64,000 nucleotides of DNA from a virus (IMGVR_UViG_3300032291_003679:32001-96000); one strand, 5' to 3'. Counted from the stretch's first letter, positions 26,549 to 37,346 are shown. The notes: generated by a model from the letters alone, not told the origin. Program-made: numbers and translations.

Positions 26549-29500
26549 ATCATTACCGCCACTGTTTTATCGCCCATCTGAATTCCGACTCTTGATAGGT
26601 CATTTGAAAATCCGTATAGATTTGCCATACCCGAGGTGAGGCCTCTATTTTTGTGTTCTTTAGAGACTTTTGCTTTACCAACATTGCGTCCACCAGCAAA
26701 CGACATAGACGCAACTGGCTTGGTGTTCTTCGCTTCAAACATGCTTGCCAGAATGTCTGACTGTGTTGACATCTTGTCAAAAAGCCCTTGTATTTTTCTG
26801 TCGCGAACCTTGAGGTATTGTTCGTGGGTAAAGACTTTGACCATGCCGTTTGTTCCAGCAACCATCCAGTAATCTTGCTTTTCTCCAGTTGCAAAATCAG
26901 TATTGCGAACTCTACGAGCTCCAGACACTGGTCCTTTTGTGAACTTCTTCGTGTTGCCTATCCTCTTTAGCTGCATTGAGCCGGTGTTGAACTTGTTCGA
27001 ATTAAGGTCACTCAGGGCTGCGCTAACTCGCTTTACGGATTCTTCATCAAGCGTAAAACCACCAGTTCCACCAGAATCTATAAACGCTGGACTGACATCT
27101 TCTCCACTCTCAAGAAGTTCCCAAAGTTTATTAAGGTTAGTTACTGCAATCTGGTCCTCTCCTAGTCCCATATCTGCAGCTTTGGTAAGGTTTTCTTCAG
27201 TATTTGGATAAACATCTACTACGTCAAGATAAACGGTTCCATCAGATACCCATCCACCGATTGTGGTTTTTTCAGCACCAGACTTAGGTTCCATAAAGGT
27301 CTTTGGTCCGTGGAAGTCCATCCAAGCCAAGAACGTGTCAACCAGTTCGTCTGATGGGTTTCCCTCGGCATCAAAGTCAGCCACTGCATCTACCTTCATG
27401 CCGTGCTTATTACGAGCAATCGCTATGCCTTCTTTGATGTCGTCCATTCGGTCGACCTCTACAGTGAAGCCACCCATAAACCCCTTTGTCAGAGTCGACT
27501 TAACCGCTGCAACGCGTTCTGGGTCTCTATTAAACGTGACTTTTATGTCGGCAGCTCGCATGCGCGCTTCAACAAAGTTGTACTTGATTACTTTTCCTGA
27601 AGAAAGACGATTTGAATTCTTCGAGGGAACAGGTCCAATGTTGTCTATTGCGTTGTCGTAAGTGTCTATTGTCGAACGGTAGGTTTTATTTTTTTGTATT
27701 TTAAGAATTTCTTCGTCGCTCATGTTGTCCAACAAAAGCATCTCGTTGCTTATGAAGTCTAGGAATCTAGAAAAATGCTCGCCTAAGTAGTCGCCACCCC
27801 TGCCGTCAATATGTCTGGACTCGTATAGTTCATTTGCATCATAAGTTCTGTTTTTTAGATACTGACGAACAACACCTGCATCTGACATTTCTGATTCTCT
27901 ATAGGCTCTCCCTACTTCTTTCCTAATTTCAGATATCGGCGGAATGCTTCTCTTGGCTCTAGCCCCAGAAGAAAGTTTTGCCGTTTGGCCCGTCATGGAG
28001 TCAAATTCTGTTTTAAATTCGTCAATATCGAGTGCTGCAAGCCTGTGATATGGCGGGTTTGTTTGTTTGTCTCGGTCGCTAAAGCTTGCGTTGATTAGTT
28101 TTACAAATTCTTTATCTTCATCGCTTTCAACACGCTTAAGCACCTCGGCGGGGAAAAATACAGATGGTGGCGTCATCATCATTGCTTCGGTCGGGCGACC
28201 AAGCAGAACTACTTCATCTTCGCCCAGACATCCAAAGCCGGTTAATGGATTTGAGAATATATTCTCGATAGGGACATACGCTTTAATAAGAATATTGTCG
28301 TCAAATAAATCTGGGTTGTCTACTTTTCCTGTCAACGATGTAGCGAAAGCCTGTGCCATGGAGCTGTTTGTTGTCCATGAAGAAAGAGGACGCATAGAAA
28401 CAGTATCTGCTTTTAGCTCTCCTCTAGGTACGCGCATTTCTGGAGTACCCTTCATGCCTCTCCATACCGCAACATGGGTAACGCCTTTTGTTTTGTAGTA
28501 ATGCTGTGTTGCTTCGTATATTGCAGACACCACAGAACGAACGGCTGCGCGTTGTTTTTCACTCAAAGACGGCGCGTCGTCGAATTCTAGGGCTGTCAAC
28601 TCTCCTCTTTCTTCAGGGTCAACTGCATCACCAAACCCGCTACCGGAACGAGGCAAGCCGCGAATGCCGCCATTCCATCCAACTGCTTCATCAAGTCCAA
28701 ACATTTCTCTTGCTTCGTGCTGTATAGCCAAAGCAACCGGGTTTGAGTTGTTCGCAGAAATAGCCCATGTATGAATGATGTCTGAAACTATCGCTGCCGC
28801 TGCTTCTCTTTCCCCCTCAGGGGTGTCGATATCAAAAAACGAAATACCTGAAGTGTATTCATATCTGTTCTTAAAATCTTCAGCAAAACCAGCAGAAGCT
28901 CGCAGCCTATTTATTAGAAAACCTTTAAATAGCTCTTTTGTTTCTTCGGAATCGATATTGGATTTATCAACAGTGATTATTCCCGCTTCAGCGATTTTTC
29001 GAAGGTATTCGTCAGTAAACCCGAGTTCCGACACAACCTTGACATAAGCTTTTCGCTGTTCCGGCGTTTGTTCGCTATCTGGAATTATTTTTCCATCTTT
29101 AATTACTGATTTTAGTAATTCAATCGGCTCACGCGGAGATAAGCCTAGTTTTGAAATTATGGCGTAACCATTTTTTCCAGTGGTAGGGTCAACCTCTCCT
29201 ATGGGGGAAAAAGCTACGACTAAGTCACTGCTTCCTCGTAGCTCTTCTCCACTCCGTATTCCTTTTGAGAATTCTTGAAGCATGTCACGTATGCGTAGGC
29301 CGAGCTCCATTTGTTTTTTAATGTCGTCTCCACCAACTTTAGTAAGGAGGTATGGAGTAAATATCGACTTCTCATCACCTATGTATATGTTGGTTAAGGC
29401 GTCCCACTCTGGACCAAAAAGTTCATCAAAAGAACGAGCTTCTAGTTGGTCAATCATTTCGTCAAAATAAAAACGACGTTGAATTATTTTGTCATGCTCT

Positions 29501-32500
29501 GTAACGGACACTAGCGACCCTGTAACTCTATCTACAGCAAATCTTCTAGCCTTTTTGCGTTCTTCATCTGTTTGAGCTTTATCTACTGCTTCAAAAACAG
29601 ACATTAACGCTTTAAAATTGCGAGCCGCCGAAAAAAACCGTCGCTGCAGTTGAGCGTCAGATATTCCAGAGCCTGTTATCTCGGCTTCAGAAAAAGCTTG
29701 TATAAATTCTCTTGGTTTAATTTTTGCTGTTTGAGAAAGGTTTAGGGAAATCATTCGTTTTGCAGCAGAACTTGCCTTGCGGTCCTCCATTGGGGCAAAC
29801 ATACTGACGCCAAAACCATGAATTTTATTTGAAGATTTTGCCCCTAGCTCTTTAAGTATTGGGTCTTCAGGAATTTGGGCAACGTCATTTTTTAGTTCAT
29901 CGCTAAGGTTGTATTCTCCCGGAACAGGGAGGGACTCACGTAATTGCTCTGATGGTTCTGAAGCGAAGGAGACCAAGGACTCTGGGCGCTCTGGGGCCTC
30001 GAAGGTGTAGTCGGGTTTGCGTTTCGACGGCTCTTCCTGTTCTGAAGATTCGTCCCCAGCCCCAACCAATTGACGAAGCGCTCTAGAAATACGACCGCGG
30101 CGCTTTTCTCTTCCTGGCTTTGCCTCCGCGCCAGAGGACAACGACATGCTGATTGATGGGCGGCCATCGGGACGCGCTTCCCACGGAAGGTTGTCTGGGT
30201 TAACCCCAGCTAGTGCGTAAATATCACGGCGAAGCTTGGGGCTCAGTATGTTTTTTGCCAAGTCCTTGTTTGGGTGCATGATTGCAACAAAAGCTTCAGC
30301 GATTGCTTCACGCTTGTTTACATTTCCATAAGATGTTGCAAGGAGAGCTTTGTCTGGGTGCGTCTTAAACATCTCGCCAGCATCACGGCCGGTTAGGTCA
30401 ATGAACTGAGAGTAAATTTCAATTGCTTCGTTATCAGTATCGGGATTTGCGTACTCTTCAGCTACGTCTAGGGCTGCACGGTACATAGGGTCGTCGAGCT
30501 TGCCACTTCCATAATACGTTTTTGACCCCCCAGAACTATTCGTTTCCAGGTCACGTATTGCTCTGTAGTGAAGCCAGTGGCCGTACTCGTGAATCAACGT
30601 CCCATGGAGCGAGCGGTCGATATGCGCCTCTCTGAGTCCTGGTTTCCGATTTGGGTCAAGCTCTAGTGGATACTTGGCCCCTACGTTGTCGTACGATTCT
30701 CTGTCGATAAGTGCGCGTGGCGTTAGGCCGACAAAACCAAACTCGCGAGATGCGAGTCCACTAACAAATGGAGTTTTTTCCATGCCACGCTGCTGGCGAA
30801 GAAGCTCCATTCTTTCCTTTACGTCAGGACGCCCCTCGTACTCGTTCATTGCATCTCTTGTAAATACACCAACAAGTGGTGCGCCAAAATTTTCAAACAT
30901 CCACTTCATTTGTGGAGAAGAATCAAGCATGCTGCGAACCAGTTCTCGAGACGCCTCTAGCCCTTCTGGAGAGTAATCAATTCTCAAGGCATTTTCATGT
31001 CCATCGAGCTGGTCGTAGTACTGCTTTAGATATTTTCTGTACTTTCTGTCTTTGTTCCAGCCAGTTCCAGCCAGGTCATCAGCCCACATCTCAAAATGCT
31101 CTTCTTTACTGGAAGGTACAAGAGCAAGAGACATTTCCTCGGATGTCATTCCTGCTAGCCATTTTGTTGAAGACCTACGTACTTCTTTGCCCGAGGCGTC
31201 TGCTTGCCCGTAGCCCTTAACTCCACGCTTGCCTGGCTCTACTGGTGTGCGTTCTGACACTCTTCTCATTGGAATAAGCGGGCGTTGTCTTCCGGAGCTT
31301 AGGCTTTGATTGTCGTCATCTGAGATGCGGCCAGAAGAAAGACGGTCGCTTTTTCCTAATGCGTCATGCGCAAGGGCAAGCTCAACATCTTTGGCGTCGG
31401 CTTCATAGATTGACTTGCGTCCAGAAGATAATTTCCCGCTAGTAGATACTGCATCAAATTTCTTAACAACCGAATCAAAATCACCGGCATAGACGCGTAC
31501 CGCAACGCCCGTATCAGGGCTTGTCATATCAGTAATATCAAATACGCTTCTTGGTCTATTACGAAACGACTCTGATTCTCTTTGGTTTTGCTCCTGCTCG
31601 TCAAGCCTGCCTGTATGCAGCATCCGCTGAGCCGAGTACATCATATAGGTGAGATGCTTTACGGCTAGTTTTTCTTGCGGCGTCAATGGTGAGTCCGGAT
31701 GGTCAACGATAGAAAACATCGCTAAGTCATTGGCCCATTCTCCATGACGGTCAAAAGCTCTTCCGGTTCCGAGGTGTCCAAATAAGTCATGGGAAGCCTG
31801 AAGTGCTTTACCATCAAGCCCCATATTGAATTTAGACGGGTCGGTTATGCCACCGATGTACCCACGAAGATAAGTACTCGTGCTGGTGCTAATTCTGGAA
31901 CCTGGAACAAAAAGCTCCTCGTCGCCCATCAGTTCTCCAGCGCGACGTGAAAGCTCTCTAAGAAACTGGCTGTGTTTTTTCCATGCCTCAAGATATGGTG
32001 CGGGCAGTCTGTCTTGCGCTAAAGCCCGAAGACCGATGTCATCGCCTCTAATGACGAATCCTTTTGGAGCTACCATTTCCAACATTGGGAATCTAGCTCT
32101 TGCTTCGTCGTTCTCGTACTCTAAAACGGAACCGGAAGTTTCGTTCTTGTATATTTGTCTAGCAACAATATTCCCGTCAGTATCTTTCCATACTGAATCT
32201 TGAAAAACAAGCGTATCTTTCATTGCTTCATCAAGTATTGAAATAACGTCATCACGCTTAGGCAACTCGACGGTACGCCAGTCTCGTTTGTCCGGTATCT
32301 GTTCTGCCATTTGAGGTATCGGGTCAGCAGAAACAAACGGAATTCCGTCTGAAGAAATGTCAATCGAAATTGATTCAAGCAGTTGTTTTCCGGTTTCAGA
32401 AAACGCATCGTCTATTTCAACGTCAAGAAGCGTTTTGCCCGCAATTTCTCTGGTTAAACCTGGAACCTCTCTCTCAATAATTCTTTTTTGTTGGTCGGTT

Positions 32501-35500
32501 AGTGTTGTTTCGGTTGTTTCTTCTATTTTTTGTATTATTCGTTCAGCAACTTTTTTGCCGGTCAATACTTCCCTGTTGGAACCAGACTCGGCAGCTTCTT
32601 GCTGAGTTACTTCTATGGGTTCATTAAATGCTTCAACTACATTTGCGCCAGAAGAGAGTCTTGTACTTTCCCCTTCGTCGTCCAGATATATCTTATCGTC
32701 CGAGAATCTTTCATCATTTTTAAGGTCACCAATAGCGCGGTTAATGGCGTCAAGAAGAGACATTCCTTCTTCTTGATACTTGTCCCTTAAGCGCCCGAGC
32801 TCTTCTGATTCAAGCTTTTTTAAATCAGCATTAAATGTGCGAAGTTTGTACCGTGAACCATTTTCATCATATACAAGTTTAAATCTTTTATTTTTTTTCT
32901 CATTGAAAATTTCAATGTCTTTTATTAATTTTTGCAACGTGTTGCGCGTTGCGGTATACCCGTCTCTTCCTCGTGGCAGATATATAAGTAGGTTATAAAG
33001 TGAGTTATATGCAAGTTCGTCGTCATACACGTCGATGCTTACGTTGGCAGTCAGCTCACCATTTTTATAAATCGGGCTATAAGCATAGCCATGTTTTTCA
33101 ATAGATTCTTGTTTTATTTTTTCTCTGTAATTTTCGTCTTCTTCAAACAGGTTTTGAAGCCTGTTCCATTCTTTGACCATTTCTTCAAAGGTGTCGAACC
33201 GCTTCCCGAAAACGTCTTCGCTGGCTTGCTCAAAAGCTTCCTGGTTGAATCCGTTTTCATCACGGCTCCCAAGGCGTCTGCCGCCATACCCACTATATCC
33301 ATCATGGTATTCATAACGAGCGCGATATTCGCCCATTAGTCCTATGGGCCGTTCTTCTTGATTAAGAATATAATTACGGGCATTGCTTCTTATCTTGTAA
33401 CTAGTTTTTTCATTATCTGAGATGCGGCCAGAAGAGAGATAGTCTTTTATTTCTTGAGGTGTTCTTATTCTGTATTTTTGTCTTCCTCTTTTTTTTGATT
33501 CAAATCTTTCAAAAATTTCAGGAAATTCACCTATGAAGAAGTAGGCATTAGAAAGCGGTATCTCTAGTTCTTGAGACATTATTTTGATGTCTACTTCTCT
33601 GTCTGCATTGTCCTCTGTCCATTGCAGTGTTCTTTCAAATTCGTCTTCGCCGTAGGAAAATGATGCTCTTTTTAGTTTTTTCTTTTTTCGCGCTAAATCA
33701 ACCATTTCGAGTATTGCGTCATACTCTGCTTCTCCAATTCCTCGCGCTCGCGGCATTCGTGTTCCGCGGCGGTTATTTCTCGGAATGGGCCCATATGCTT
33801 CGTCGTAAAGACTGTCGTCGCTCGCAACTCTCCCTGCCATGGCCTCCGGTGAAGGTTTTTTTAGCGGTTCTTTTGTTGGCCTGATTGGTCTAAGACGTCT
33901 TTTGAAAATGTCACCTTGCTCTGTCTCTGTTTCCGCCGATGTTTCGGCATACTCTTGAGGTGTCAAAAAATCAGCTTTATCTTTTTCAAACTTTTCTACA
34001 TCTGTGTTAAATTTATCGTTGTCGGCTTTTAGTTTTGCGTCTCTTTTTTCTTTATCCAAGACGTCAGTAGACCATCTGTTTTCAATGGCTCTATCAATTA
34101 TCTTCTGCATAACCTGACTGGTTGCAAAAGCGTCAGCATCGGCGTTGTGGTGACCCTCACCTAATTCAACATCCAAATACTTAGTTATTGCAGCAAGACT
34201 GCTGGATGGTTTCTTGTTTCCATCTCTATCGGTTGTGTAGGGGCCCTCTGGGCTCTCTTCGCTCCACACGGGCAACGTCATTGCACTTATGTCTCTTGTG
34301 TCAAGATAACCAGAAGGACGCCAATCAATCCCGCTTTCACTCAATGCGTCTTCTAGAACGTTCTTGTCAAACGTGGCATTCTGGACGCCAATGATTGCAT
34401 TTGGCCCAATAAACTCAGCAACTTGCCTATGGGCTTCTGCCATTGGCATCTGCGTAGCGAGCCATTCGTTCGTTATTGGATTGCCGTCTGCGTCCTTAAG
34501 GTTTTTCAAGGACCATTCGCCGAGAGATTCTTCGGGGTTCATGTATAAATTTAAACGACCAATTTCTTTGCCGTTCTTTATTCTTGCTAGACCTATTTGT
34601 ATTGGCTTACCATTGCTTGACGCTTTGCCAAATTCGTCAAAAGTCAGACCAGTTGTTTCGTAGTCAAGGAAGACCATTTCGGTTTCGTTGTATCGCTCTT
34701 TAAATTCTTCCCACGAACTGACGCCATCAAACCTCTTCTCTGCGTCACCAAGGAAAGCACCAAGCGTTGGTTCGCGTGGATATCGTGGGGCCTTACCACT
34801 GCTCAGTGTTTGCCGTGAATCAGTTGCAGAATCCGCATTGTTGTAAAGTTCACGAACCTTCTCGCTAGACATAGCCAGATATGCGTTTTCAGTAAGAATT
34901 AGCTTTTCTGGGTCTATGTCCCTGAAACCCATGCTTTCCCAGTACTCCTTGGAGCCAGGGGTTGATTCAAGGCTTATGCCAGTATTGTCGTCATTTGCTA
35001 TTTTTAAAATGTCACGGAAAACAGAGCTTCCCAGGTTGTCTATCCCGGATTCTTTTCCATAGCTTGCCATATGGTGGATGAATAGATTGTCGTTATCCCC
35101 TCTTCCGCCTCTTCTAAAACGTGCAGCACCAACAATATTATTGTTTGAATCTCTAGCTACTACTAACGACCTGTCAACTGGGTTTGGTTCGCCAAAAAAA
35201 TCAGAATCACCAAATACTTTGTCCATCTGTATTTTTGCTTCAGCAAATCTTTGAGGAACTTTTCCATCTGGATACTTTTCTTTAGATAGCTTTTTGTATG
35301 AATCATCTGCTTCTTTTTGAAGATTGTAAAAAGATTCTCTGATTTTTTCTACATTGTCGTATATTGCGTCACTGTAAGCATCGACATCAAAATCGCCGTC
35401 ACTATTAAGGAATTCAGGGTCGTCTTCGTCGATTATTGTTTGCTCAACAATGCTGGTAGACACGTTTTCGTCGCGGGTGTTTTTGCCACTAGATAGGCTT

Positions 35501-36984
35501 CTTGAACTGTCGCGAGAAGGTAATGCTCCAGCAAGTTCTCTTAATGGTCTTGTATAGAAAAATTGAGCACCAGCATCATGAAACACTTTATCCGCAGTAG
35601 CAAAGTCAACCAATTCTTCTGCTGTTGCTTCTGTTTCAAACAGTCCAGTATCTTCATCTTTGCTATATAAGGAAGATATTTTTTTTCTATCTTCGTCGGA
35701 GAAAAGTTCTGGTGTTTTGGAAATGGTGTCATCAATTAGTTTTATAAACCCTTGTTTATCTTTTTCACCAGCCCATGAGAAGCCGTTTTTCGGCCAGTGA
35801 ACAGCGCCAGTTGAACCGCCACCAGATGCGCCCCATGTAATTATTGAGCGTACGTCAAGCTCTTTGTATATTTGCTCGTTTCGAGCATTGAATGTAGACC
35901 CTATGCCTTGTCCTTGGGCGCGGTTCGTGACGTAGAACGAATCGTGTGACACCATCCGAACGTCTTTGTCGTCCCCCGATATCTGCATAAATGTTCTGTA
36001 CGATGTTGCAAGAGCAGGTGTTCCATCGTCTCTGGAAACGAATCTTCTCTTGTCCTCGTCGTCGAACATGGCGATAAGCCTGTCGTTGTACTCTGGAAGT
36101 GGTTTAATTCTAAAACCAATCTCCAGCTTGGAAAGCAAGTCGCTTTCTTCTAGATTTCTTTCGTACAGTTGTAATTCGTCTTGTTCTGCAAGGTCTTTTT
36201 CAGAAACTTTATCTATTTTTAGAGACGTGGCCCATTCTGGTTGTGGGACTACTTCTATCAAGACCCTTTTACCAATATTTAGCTGCTTCCCATCATCGCC
36301 CGTAATAATTACGTCTTTGTCTAGCGTCATTTCGCCTTCAAATATTTTGGCGAATAAATCACGAACTCGTTGTTTTTCTAGTTTTCTTTCTTCATCGTCT
36401 TGAATTAACTGAACCGGCTTTGGTTCAGGCATCCCTGGTGGTCTCGGCGGTTTTGGTCTGGTGTCGAGCTCGTATACGTCTGCTTTTTGAAATTCTTCTG
36501 CTGAGAGCTCTTCAAAAAAATCATTTATCGATTGTTTTTTGTCTTCGCTTAATGGCGGTTGCGCATCAACTATCTCTTGATATTTTTTCCCAGAAGAAAG
36601 CGCTGAGCTTCGGTCACCCTGTTCGTCGCCGCTTGGTGAAAAAACACTTCCTTCAGAACGACGAGCAGGGCTCGCAGGTTTTCCGCCCTGGCCTTCAATT
36701 CCTACCCAGACCGGCTTTGTAGTGCCTTCGTCGGCCCAACCGTCACCGTCGACATCTCTACGGCTTCCTGTTGGGTTTCTGGTGCCGGGCTTGCCGCCTG
36801 TTGGCAGGTCAAAGCCCCTTCCGCCTCGTCCTCTGCGTCTTTCGCCAATGGTGGGCCTGTTTACTGCCCTGGAACCCAAATAGCGGCCTAGTCGTCCTAG
36901 GGCAGCCTTTTGTTCCGGGCTTGAATTTGCACCGCGACGGGATTCCTCAAAGGGAATGGAGAACTCTTGATTATCTGCAGACAT
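26545..36984 (-). CDS. giant polyvalent protein (3479 aa): GNAT x2, DEDDh exonuclease, HDxxGH domain, HExxH zincin, ADP-ribosyltransferase and unknown domains, joined by 11 LSSG linkers
   Basis: Motifs AQGQGIG; LESTPGSKEYWESMGF; LDYETTG/NATFD/HNADAD; HDLFGH..GE; HEYGH..EAIAE; WRG..LSSWT..EDEV. Confidence 0.85.
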   Translation of the reverse strand: MSADNQEFSIPFEESRRGANSSPEQKAALGRLGRYLGSRAVNRPTIGERRRGRGGRGFDLPTGGKPGTRNPTGSRRDVDGDGWADEGTTKPVWVGIEGQGGKPASPARRSEGSVFSPSGDEQGDRSSALSSGKKYQEIVDAQPPLSEDKKQSINDFFEELSAEEFQKADVYELDTRPKPPRPPGMPEPKPVQLIQDDEERKLEKQRVRDLFAKIFEGEMTLDKDVIITGDDGKQLNIGKRVLIEVVPQPEWATSLKIDKVSEKDLAEQDELQLYERNLEESDLLSKLEIGFRIKPLPEYNDRLIAMFDDEDKRRFVSRDDGTPALATSYRTFMQISGDDKDVRMVSHDSFYVTNRAQGQGIGSTFNARNEQIYKELDVRSIITWGASGGGSTGAVHWPKNGFSWAGEKDKQGFIKLIDDTISKTPELFSDEDRKKISSLYSKDEDTGLFETEATAEELVDFATADKVFHDAGAQFFYTRPLRELAGALPSRDSSRSLSSGKNTRDENVSTSIVEQTIIDEDDPEFLNSDGDFDVDAYSDAIYDNVEKIRESFYNLQKEADDSYKKLSKEKYPDGKVPQRFAEAKIQMDKVFGDSDFFGEPNPVDRSLVVARDSNNNIVGAARFRRGGRGDNDNLFIHHMASYGKESGIDNLGSSVFRDILKIANDDNTGISLESTPGSKEYWESMGFRDIDPEKLILTENAYLAMSSEKVRELYNNADSATDSRQTLSSGKAPRYPREPTLGAFLGDAEKRFDGVSSWEEFKERYNETEMVFLDYETTGLTFDEFGKASSNGKPIQIGLARIKNGKEIGRLNLYMNPEESLGEWSLKNLKDADGNPITNEWLATQMPMAEAHRQVAEFIGPNAIIGVQNATFDKNVLEDALSESGIDWRPSGYLDTRDISAMTLPVWSEESPEGPYTTDRDGNKKPSSSLAAITKYLDVELGEGHHNADADAFATSQVMQKIIDRAIENRWSTDVLDKEKRDAKLKADNDKFNTDVEKFEKDKADFLTPQEYAETSAETETEQGDIFKRRLRPIRPTKEPLKKPSPEAMAGRVASDDSLYDEAYGPIPRNNRRGTRMPRARGIGEAEYDAILEMVDLARKKKKLKRASFSYGEDEFERTLQWTEDNADREVDIKIMSQELEIPLSNAYFFIGEFPEIFERFESKKRGRQKYRIRTPQEIKDYLSSGRISDNEKTSYKIRSNARNYILNQEERPIGLMGEYRARYEYHDGYSGYGGRRLGSRDENGFNQEAFEQASEDVFGKRFDTFEEMVKEWNRLQNLFEEDENYREKIKQESIEKHGYAYSPIYKNGELTANVSIDVYDDELAYNSLYNLLIYLPRGRDGYTATRNTLQKLIKDIEIFNEKKNKRFKLVYDENGSRYKLRTFNADLKKLESEELGRLRDKYQEEGMSLLDAINRAIGDLKNDERFSDDKIYLDDEGESTRLSSGANVVEAFNEPIEVTQQEAAESGSNREVLTGKKVAERIIQKIEETTETTLTDQQKRIIEREVPGLTREIAGKTLLDVEIDDAFSETGKQLLESISIDISSDGIPFVSADPIPQMAEQIPDKRDWRTVELPKRDDVISILDEAMKDTLVFQDSVWKDTDGNIVARQIYKNETSGSVLEYENDEARARFPMLEMVAPKGFVIRGDDIGLRALAQDRLPAPYLEAWKKHSQFLRELSRRAGELMGDEELFVPGSRISTSTSTYLRGYIGGITDPSKFNMGLDGKALQASHDLFGHLGTGRAFDRHGEWANDLAMFSIVDHPDSPLTPQEKLAVKHLTYMMYSAQRMLHTGRLDEQEQNQRESESFRNRPRSVFDITDMTSPDTGVAVRVYAGDFDSVVKKFDAVSTSGKLSSGRKSIYEADAKDVELALAHDALGKSDRLSSGRISDDDNQSLSSGRQRPLIPMRRVSERTPVEPGKRGVKGYGQADASGKEVRRSSTKWLAGMTSEEMSLALVPSSKEEHFEMWADDLAGTGWNKDRKYRKYLKQYYDQLDGHENALRIDYSPEGLEASRELVRSMLDSSPQMKWMFENFGAPLVGVFTRDAMNEYEGRPDVKERMELLRQQRGMEKTPFVSGLASREFGFVGLTPRALIDRESYDNVGAKYPLELDPNRKPGLREAHIDRSLHGTLIHEYGHWLHYRAIRDLETNSSGGSKTYYGSGKLDDPMYRAALDVAEEYANPDTDNEAIEIYSQFIDLTGRDAGEMFKTHPDKALLATSYGNVNKREAIAEAFVAIMHPNKDLAKNILSPKLRRDIYALAGVNPDNLPWEARPDGRPSISMSLSSGAEAKPGREKRRGRISRALRQLVGAGDESSEQEEPSKRKPDYTFEAPERPESLVSFASEPSEQLRESLPVPGEYNLSDELKNDVAQIPEDPILKELGAKSSNKIHGFGVSMFAPMEDRKASSAAKRMISLNLSQTAKIKPREFIQAFSEAEITGSGISDAQLQRRFFSAARNFKALMSVFEAVDKAQTDEERKKARRFAVDRVTGSLVSVTEHDKIIQRRFYFDEMIDQLEARSFDELFGPEWDALTNIYIGDEKSIFTPYLLTKVGGDDIKKQMELGLRIRDMLQEFSKGIRSGEELRGSSDLVVAFSPIGEVDPTTGKNGYAIISKLGLSPREPIELLKSVIKDGKIIPDSEQTPEQRKAYVKVVSELGFTDEYLRKIAEAGIITVDKSNIDSEETKELFKGFLINRLRASAGFAEDFKNRYEYTSGISFFDIDTPEGEREAAAAIVSDIIHTWAISANNSNPVALAIQHEAREMFGLDEAVGWNGGIRGLPRSGSGFGDAVDPEERGELTALEFDDAPSLSEKQRAAVRSVVSAIYEATQHYYKTKGVTHVAVWRGMKGTPEMRVPRGELKADTVSMRPLSSWTTNSSMAQAFATSLTGKVDNPDLFDDNILIKAYVPIENIFSNPLTGFGCLGEDEVVLLGRPTEAMMMTPPSVFFPAEVLKRVESDEDKEFVKLINASFSDRDKQTNPPYHRLAALDIDEFKTEFDSMTGQTAKLSSGARAKRSIPPISEIRKEVGRAYRESEMSDAGVVRQYLKNRTYDANELYESRHIDGRGGDYLGEHFSRFLDFISNEMLLLDNMSDEEILKIQKNKTYRSTIDTYDNAIDNIGPVPSKNSNRLSSGKVIKYNFVEARMRAADIKVTFNRDPERVAAVKSTLTKGFMGGFTVEVDRMDDIKEGIAIARNKHGMKVDAVADFDAEGNPSDELVDTFLAWMDFHGPKTFMEPKSGAEKTTIGGWVSDGTVYLDVVDVYPNTEENLTKAADMGLGEDQIAVTNLNKLWELLESGEDVSPAFIDSGGTGGFTLDEESVKRVSAALSDLNSNKFNTGSMQLKRIGNTKKFTKGPVSGARRVRNTDFATGEKQDYWMVAGTNGMVKVFTHEQYLKVRDRKIQGLFDKMSTQSDILASMFEAKNTKPVASMSFAGGRNVGKAKVSKEHKNRGLTSGMANLYGFSNDLSRVGIQMGDKTVAVMI

Positions 36985-37022
36985 CTAAATAAATAATACC
37001 ATTGGGGCGCATTAGGGCTGGT

Positions 37023-37346
37023 TTAAAGGCGATTTCCGCACTTGGTACAGATTTTTGCCCACGGATAGAAACGCATCATTTCCATTGGGTGGTCACATTC
37101 CAGCATCCTTTTTGCCTCAGCATTAAGGATTGTTCTAATCCACGAAGAAAGCGTTACCTGCTCTAGTGATGCGGCTTCTTTCCATCGGTTTCTTTCATAG
37201 TCGTTTGTGCGAATAAGGACCTGCTTGTCTGCTGGCCCGTCTTCGGCATCTATTGACGCAGAAATACTAGGAGTTAGTGTCTCAGCCACTTTGTCCATGG
37301 CTGCACGGATGTTGTCCTGCTCTTCTTGACTATTGTCCTGGCTCAT
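37023..37346 (-). CDS. RHH-like DNA-binding protein with C-terminal Zn motif
   Basis: QVLIRT..ERNRWKEAA..TLSSWIR; CDH...CTKCG. Confidence 0.6.
   Translation of the reverse strand: MSQDNSQEEQDNIRAAMDKVAETLTPSISASIDAEDGPADKQVLIRTNDYERNRWKEAASLEQVTLSSWIRTILNAEAKRMLECDHPMEMMRFYPWAKICTKCGNRL

Noticed and set aside
26545-36984. Giant ORF as tape measure, RNA polymerase or intein-containing protein
   Set aside because: There are no TMP helical or TM repeats and no DxDGD in an RNAP context (DVDGDG sits in a short N-terminal leader). No intein C1/HN motifs were seen.
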